From contig OZ024744.1 in the NCBI GenBank assembly GCA_964016885.1, positions 53,196,001 through 53,260,000 of the forward strand: a DNA stretch of 64,000 bases, read 5' to 3'. Origin of the DNA: Eledone cirrhosa (taxonomy: Eukaryota). Under the pieces are notes generated by a model. That model ran no database searches and was not told the origin of the DNA. It worked only from the letters and a program-made list of their open reading frames with translations. This document shows positions 57,001 to 64,000 of this stretch, one piece after another (within the stretch, counting starts at the first letter, position 1; the number at the start of each line of letters is the position of its first letter). A program made the position numbers and the translations under genes.

Positions 57001-59641
57001 CACTAAAGTGCGGGACGTTCCAAGAAAGGTCTCTAGACGTCTGATGAAATCTGACCGTCCTGTCCCTGTCGGGGCGTAGACGGCTACTAGCCCGAAATCA
57101 TTGCCTTCGCTGCCGGTCACGTCCAGCACCACCGACTCACCTTCTGGATCCAGGAAGATGGCCCGTATGGCGAGATCCAAGCCTCTCCGAAAAAGCACAG
57201 CAACTCCTCCCCCCGAACCCGCACGACTGGGAGATGCATAAACATCATAGCCACCGAAGATCGGTACGAAGGCTCGTGCTACGGAGATTCTGGTCTCGCT
57301 GATGGCCACCACATCTATGTTTAGTGACCATAGATCGTTCGGCAGGTGACCCTGCTTCCAAGATGAACCCATGCCACGTACATTTATACTGCCTATTCTA
57401 TGTACAGCCACGTTGGATGAAGAAACGGGGGTAAGTGAGAAAGGATCACTTACCTTGATCGTGTGGGGAACGGACAGTAGAACCGTCCCTTTGGCTGGTC
57501 ATGGGTGTCTCCAAGATGATATCTGTATAGATTCTCTTGGAGAGTGACCCTCTGAAATCCCCAACCACGTTGGGAAATTTTTGCTTTAATTGTCTAGTCT
57601 TCCAGTTTAACTTCGACAATTGTTTTGGGGCAATGTTCTTGGTGTTGGTGGGGTGTGGTAATTTAAGTCTGTAATGTCTGTGTGTTGCTTTATATGTTCC
57701 ATTAATCCTTTGTGGATCTGTACTTTTTTTTTGGGGGGGGGGGGATTTGTTGCTGTTTTCTTGTTGTTGCTGTTGGGTGCATGTGCTTCGTTGTGTTTGC
57801 GATGTTGGTGTTTTTTGTGATGCAGCCTTTACCCTTCTTTCTTTGCCTTCGCTTTTGGAGGGAGAAGCTGTGTTTTGCGTTTGTTTTTTTGTTGACAACC
57901 GTTTTCCACTCCTCGGCCGCCTCATACTCCATGTCCGACTGTGAGGGGTCGGAGAGGGGTATGAGTTCTACCCTCTCATTTGTCTTTATAGTTGTTGTTG
58001 GTGGTGGTGGTGGAGCCTGGTCTGCCGTTCTTGGCACATGTGCAGCTAGGGCAACTGATTTTGTTGATGCAGCTGCCGCCGCTGATTTTGTTGTCCGTGG
58101 CTTCGGTGTGGCTGCCACGGATACTGTAGAAGCTCCCAACTTTTTCGCTGACTGCTCTGTTTCTGATGGCAGTGGGCGTTGGAAGGAGGGGGACCTTCGC
58201 CTTTGTTATTTTATGTGGGCAGAAGGCCCTAAGGCGAGACTTCGCTACACAGTTGAAGCACTTTGAGCGCCATCCTTCCTAAGATATGGGAGTTGTGAGC
58301 CATTCCCGAGGTCTATTACATCGGGAATAACGCTGATGCAGTCTTGGTCCGTTTGGATGAGCATCTCCATTCCAATTCCGGACTAGACTTCTCTCCCTAA
58401 ATTCTGTACCAGCAGAATGGTTGTTCTATCCTCGATGCCCGCAAGAACAGACACGACCAGCCAACGCACGGTTACGTAGGGCGGAACCTGGGTTACCCCG
58501 ACCTTTGCAATTTTTTTCCCACAGTAAAACGGGACTAATGTTATGTCATCACTTTGTAAGGTCCGCAGTGAGTGCGTTTTTGCTTCCTGGGTGGTAGCAA
58601 AAAGGATGTCCACGGTAGCATATTTCTTGCCTAGGATGATGTGGGTTTTCCGTGCCCACACAGTTCCCAAGGCCTTCTGGATTTGGGCCTCCGAGGCTCT
58701 CTCCACACGACGCGATTTCGTGGCAATCGTGCGGTATGACACTGTGCGTCGCTCTTGTTCCTCCAGGAAGTCGGTTGGTACTTTCAAGGAGACTGAAAAT
58801 TCAGTTCTGGTTACCATGTGTCTTGCGACCGCCATCTCCTCCTCTGCGACCAGGACTGTTTCTACGTTGCGAGCCACCTTTGCAAAAGAGATGGTCCCTT
58901 TTTCAGTGGCATCACTGTTGCCACCGCTACTGCTGCTGGTACTGGTCTTGTTGTGGTGATGTTGTTGTTGCTACTGCTACAAACGGTGTTGTTGGTGTTG
59001 CTGTTGTTGCTGCTGCTACTGCTACCACATGTGTTATTGTTAATACTGTCACTGCTGCGGCTGCTGCTGCTACTGCTACCACATGGTGTTGTTGGTGTTG
59101 TTGCTGTTACCACTGTTGCAGTTGTGTCTTTGGTGCCGCCATTGTTGTTGTTCTAGGTGCAATTTGTATTGTTGCTGTTGGTTTTGTCGCATTTATGTTG
59201 TTGCATTTATTGTCATTTTTTTGATGTCTGCATTTTCGTTGTCGCTGTTACTGTTGCGGTTGGAGTGGTTATTTTTTTCAAAATTAGTGTTCTCAGTGTT
59301 GTTGTCATTGCTGTCTTTGTTCATGTTGTTTGTGGTGGTGTTTGTTGTATCAATTTCTATGTTCGCCGTAACCCACCTCTCAACTTGTACGGCGTTGTCA
59401 CATGACAGGAGACATGACGCTGGGGGGACGTGGCTCAGCCATGTTTTTTTTTCCGATAATTTTTAAATGTAAAAATTTCAAATAATTGGGCCAAAAGCCC
59501 AAATACTATACTTTCCCCTCCACAGGACAAAGTCCAAGGGCTTATATCCCTTACACAACGACACAAATTTAACAATAAATAATTTATGTCAGGTAAATAA
59601 AGAGACTTACGAGAGTGAGCAAAAAGACGTCCGATCAGGCC
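54042..59641 (-). mobile_element. Full-length degenerate Tx1-clade LINE E11
   Basis: ORF1 ATG 59442, ending SPHDQGK*; ORF2 from 57411 with frameshifts and deletions; 3' UTR like E4; 5' end abuts (AAT)3(AAG)n. Confidence 0.9.
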
Positions 59642-59989
59642 AATAATAATAAGAAGAAGAAGAAGAAAAAGAAGGCGTAAGCTGCACTTAATGATCTGTC
59701 GCAAAAGATTAATCGAGAAACCGATAGAAACGATATCAATATGAAAGACAAAGACGACACAAATCATGGTGCAATGACGTCATAGATTTATACCTGGGGT
59801 TATTGAGGACAGCATAAATACTTCAAGACTGAATGTTGATGTTATTGGTGTTGTTGTTGCTGTTGTTGTTGTTTTATGTGTCTATTTTTAGGTGATTAAT
59901 ACACGGGTAAGTAGGAATGCTTTCGCCCGCTCTTGGTACCAGTGGAAAAGGATTATGTGATTAACTATAAGTATAATTAAATGCTAGTA

Positions 59990-60788
59990 TATACCTGTGT
60001 GTTTGAGTGTGTCTATATGTCTTTGTATGCCTGTATGCTTTTGAGCATATGTTTATGTGTGTCTTTGTGTACTTGTAGCTTAGTATGCTTGTATGTTTGA
60101 GTATATGAAAGTGTCTGAAAATGTGTACGTGCGTGAGCATGTGTGTAAGTACATGTTTGTATTAGTGTGGGTGTATTATTGTGTACCAATCTCTATGTGT
60201 TTGGTGTGTGTGTGTATCTGAGTGCATGTGTAAGCCTATGTCTGTATGTGTGTGAGCATGTGTATTCATTTATGTACGAGTATGTTTCCGGTGCGTGTGC
60301 GTGTGTGCACATGTGTGTGTGTGTGTGTATGCGTGTGTGCGGGTGTGTGTGAGCAACAAAGAGAGAAAGAGTATGTAAGCGTATGTGTGGCAGTGTGTGT
60401 CAGAATATATGTGAGCACGTGTATAAGCATGCGTATGTGTTCTCTTGGGAATGTGTTAGTATGAGGTGTGTATGTGTTAATGTTTATGAGTCCGTATGGT
60501 TGTATATATGAATGGGTAGGTGAGTGTTTCTGTGCACATGTGTCTGTGAGGGGTGAGGGTATGTATGTGTTCGTGATGATGTATGAGTGAATATGAATAT
60601 TTTTGGTGTTTTTGTGTGAATGTGACTGAGTATATATATGTGTGTGTGTGTATGTATATACATATACATACTTATATATATATATATACATGTGTGTGTG
60701 TGTGTGTGTGAAAACAGGGAGAAAAAGACGATTATTAGGAAGAAAAATTTTTTTTTTCCCTTTTTATTTTTGTCTCTATATATATGTA

Positions 60789-60862
<74 letters not shown>

Positions 60863-60870
60863 TGTATGTA

Positions 60871-60917
<47 letters not shown>

Positions 60918-60920
60918 TAT
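59990..60920. repeat. Degenerate (TG)n region and (TA)n microsatellites
   Basis: Low-complexity sequence. Confidence 0.85.
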
Positions 60921-62487
60921 ATGGCGGTGGAGAGAAAGAGAGAGTGAGTGCGTGTGTAGACGATGAAGCAAAATATATTTAGGTCAGCCAATTTAGATAA
61001 GAGGGGTGGAGTGAGTTGCGCATGCGTGAATTACGTCATTTGATAATTTTTAGCAATAGAGTTCTATAAAAAAATAATAATAAAAGTATTTGCTGCATGT
61101 TAAACTTTAAAGGCGTCTAATTAACGCCTGCAATGATTAGCCCATATTGAGACTTCTCATAGACAGGCAATCCCTCGACTGACCAACATAATGGATATTA
61201 ATTGGTCGAGCCATCCGGAATAACAACGATAGAAATAAATATATGTCGTTTATTGAATGTTTCCTTGCTGTCGCTTTCAGCTGTTGCTTGGATAAACGGA
61301 CTGACATTATAAAGGTTAGGATTGCCGTTTCAATCCCATGGGCATCACATATTTTTCATTTTTTTTTTTATTTAATATATAAACAATCACGAATGCTACT
61401 GAAGCAATTGGTTTGTTTTAACCGTACTCATTGAAACTGTTGGCGTCATTGAACTATAAGTTATTGATCAATTTCAATAGATTAATTCTAGTTCATTTAA
61501 TCTACTCTAAATTCCAGTCGTATTGAAGCAAATCATAATAAAGCGCCTTGCTTAGTCTGCCTGTTGTCTTCAGACTTTTCACATTTCAGTCTGAACAGAC
61601 TTAAAATCCCTGTGGTATGCAATGTTAGTTACCAATGCCATTCATGTAAAGCAATGCCTAAATAATTAACTTCCTATGAAGGTTGCTCAATATTACATTA
61701 TTACAAACCCATGTCAGTGTTAGACATGTAGATACGATAGAACCATCCATAAATGTCTTAGAGTGTTTACTTTTACTTTTTGTTCACTTTACTTTTCGGC
61801 TCAAACCCGTCGGGGACGACCTTTTCGAGTTTGTCCTTTATTCCTTGGAGAGAAGAGGAGCTCGATAAAATAAATATCAGATATGTCCTGAGATCTATTT
61901 AATCGATTATGACTTTTCTTTTTAAATTTTATAGCCCAAATGACAGCAAACTGTGAAAAACTAAGAAGCCGGTAGAGTAAGTCTATATTTAATTCATTTT
62001 CTCCATGCTCTTACTTCAAACTCTACAGGGGTTCCACCATGCGATTCATTTTTTCGGCGACATTAATTGAGATAAACACAAGTGTACATCATTATGACAA
62101 TGTAATATCGCTATTACATCATTTAGTTGAGAGCTTGGTGGTCGATCAACAGAATTGTAGAGCATCAAATGTGCCCTGTTGTAATCGTTCTGGTTCTTTG
62201 TGTCCGCTATCACAGATTTTGGTGAGATAAAATTTACCTTTTATCCTTCCGAGGTCGATATATAAAATAGCTTTCTCTCTTTTACACCTCCTCCCGCACG
62301 ACAGATTTTACCGCATGACACTATATGGTGGTGATGAATCATTCACAGCCACTCCTTTCCCCCAGAAATGTAGGAAGATTGAACAGAGGGTAAATAACCA
62401 TATCCCACCCAGCATGCTAGAATGGGAGCAAAATAAAAGATAATGAATTAGACAGAGATACCAGAGCAGGGAATTCCGTAGAGAGAT

Positions 62488-62649
62488 GGAGGTCAACTGA
62501 TCTAGTAATGAAGGTGAGAAAGTCAACAGATCTTGTAATGTAGTGAACATCAAAAAGATCTTGCAATGTAGTGACGATGAACGCATCAATAAATCTTGTT
62601 ATGTAGTGAAGAGGGGAGGACATTTAATAGATCTTGCAATAGAGTGAAG
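62488..62649. repeat. Degenerate minisatellite with core AGATCTTGCAATGTAGTGA
   Basis: About five imperfect units of ~28-38 bp. Confidence 0.6.
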
Positions 62650-63039
62650 TTGGGCGACTCAGCGAGGTACGGTACCAAATGCCTTGTAGTATTAGGCCTT
62701 TATGATCCTACTTTCCAGAGTAGAGAAAATAAATTGAATAATATGATAGCTCGCAAAAGGACCTGAAAAGGTACCTGAGTGTATTTTTCATAGAATCCCG
62801 AATCAGTCTTAGATAAACGCTGTCATAAATATAGAGCAACCGCCATCAATTCGTTAATCCACTTATTACAACTGATAGTTATGTAGAGAAAAAATCTCCA
62901 ACAACGCGCAATGTCTACACAAAATGTATAGAACAATCAGCTATGAACCTGGTGCTTTAGTGTGGTTCTAGAGGGCAATGAACTAATGAAACAAAGAACA
63001 TACGAAGTATTGCTATATTGCCGGCAATCCTCAATTAGG

Positions 63040-63360
63040 AAGGCACGTGGCTTAATGGTTAAGGTGATTGGTTTATGTTCGTAACGTCATAATATCAAAT
63101 TATGTTGGTACGTTGTATCCTTGAGCAATCACTCTATTTTCCCAGTCAACTCAACTTTAAAAAAAAAATGAGTTTTATCTATAATTCAAAGCTTCAGCCT
63201 TGACGCACTCTGTCATGCTGAGTCTCCCAGGGAACTGACTTAAGCGGACAGAGGCCTGTGGAATGCTCAGGCACTTGCACGTTAATTTCACGAAAAGATT
63301 ATTCCGTTGGTCAAACAAGTGGAGCACCCATCGTCGAATCCGACGGAAGTCTATTGAATC
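63040..63360 (+). mobile_element. tRNA-derived SINE, old copy
   Basis: ggcacgtggcttaatggttaag (A-box-like) ... tccttgagcaa; related to 9300-9515. Confidence 0.55.
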
Positions 63361-63544
63361 CGTCATTACGAATAATTAAATTGTAATTTAGCTGAAATTA
63401 TATAAATAATCGATACTGATCATTAATATGTTGGATTGAATTAGTCTTGGTTAAGATATTTTGCTCCTAGTGGTACCACATATACTAAATAAGAAATAGA
63501 AAATATAAATATCATAAAAAATAACAGTAAAAATAGAATATATG

Positions 63545-63766
63545 TATAGTATATTTGACAATATACCGTATGTTTAATCAAAAACATTTTGAAGACGATT
63601 CGCTATGAATTTTAAAGTAGTGACTACGTCACACACTTACTGTCGATTACTCACCTTTGCTTTTACCGAGACTAAGTAAGTGACGTAGTCACAACTATAA
63701 AACTCATAGCGAATGGTCTTCAAAATGTTTTTAAAATAAACACAGTATATTATCAAATATATTATA
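63545..63766. mobile_element. Hairpin MITE-like element (~90-bp imperfect arms)
   Basis: aaaaacattttgaagac...tgactacgtcac mirrored by gtgacgtagtca...gtcttcaaaatgttttt. Confidence 0.65.
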
Positions 63767-64000
63767 CGTACATTCATATATGCATCACTATTTCAGAACA
63801 CCTATATCAATTAGTAAAAATAGAGTAATTGAAAGTTTTCTGTTTTCATTCCTTAATGCAACCTTAAGTATTGATGGGCACATGTATCAGGAATTAGAAA
63901 GATGGGGGTCTACTACTACAAGGCATTTAACCTATTAAGTGCCTCTCCCAACAATCCATATCAAGATTCTACAAGAATTAGCATTACTGGAAATATATAT

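Noticed and set aside
12684-59641. Telomeric HeT-A/TART-like array
   Set aside because: Ordinary sequence on both sides and no TTAGGG-type repeats
12673-59650. Recurring AAT...GATTTCTTTATT units as CRISPR array or LTRs
   Set aside because: They are LINE 3' ends kilobases apart; no cas, integrase or protease genes
62236-62270. Fragment ccttttatccttccgaggtcgata resembling the SINE central domain
   Set aside because: Too short to annotate as an element

Overview
Repeat-rich animal genomic DNA with no recognisable host gene; the microsatellite and SINE content resembles octopus/cephalopod DNA (inference). The main structure is a ~47 kb head-to-tail array (12684-59641) of nine L1/Tx1-clade non-LTR retrotransposon copies (E2-E4, E6-E11) from at least four subfamilies, all on the minus strand and mostly separated only by short (AAT)n tracts. 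Two copies (33259-39286, 39318-45332) are full length with intact ORF1 (CCHC knuckle) and ORF2 (APE-RT-CCHC). An R4/Dong-like RLE retroelement with a (TAA)n tail and a SINE use the same microsatellite. Unusual signals: (i) a GTAAG(T) splice-donor motif, usually in a covarying hairpin, over the ORF1 stop in every subfamily; (ii) the intact subfamily is an ORF1/ORF2 chimera joined exactly at that donor; (iii) LINEs and SINE share a 3'-terminal CUUGU stem-loop; (iv) a 113-bp duplication flanks a nested insertion. The flanks carry Penelope-like remnants with minimal hammerhead motifs, MITE/foldback repeats, SINEs and (TA)n/(TG)n tracts.
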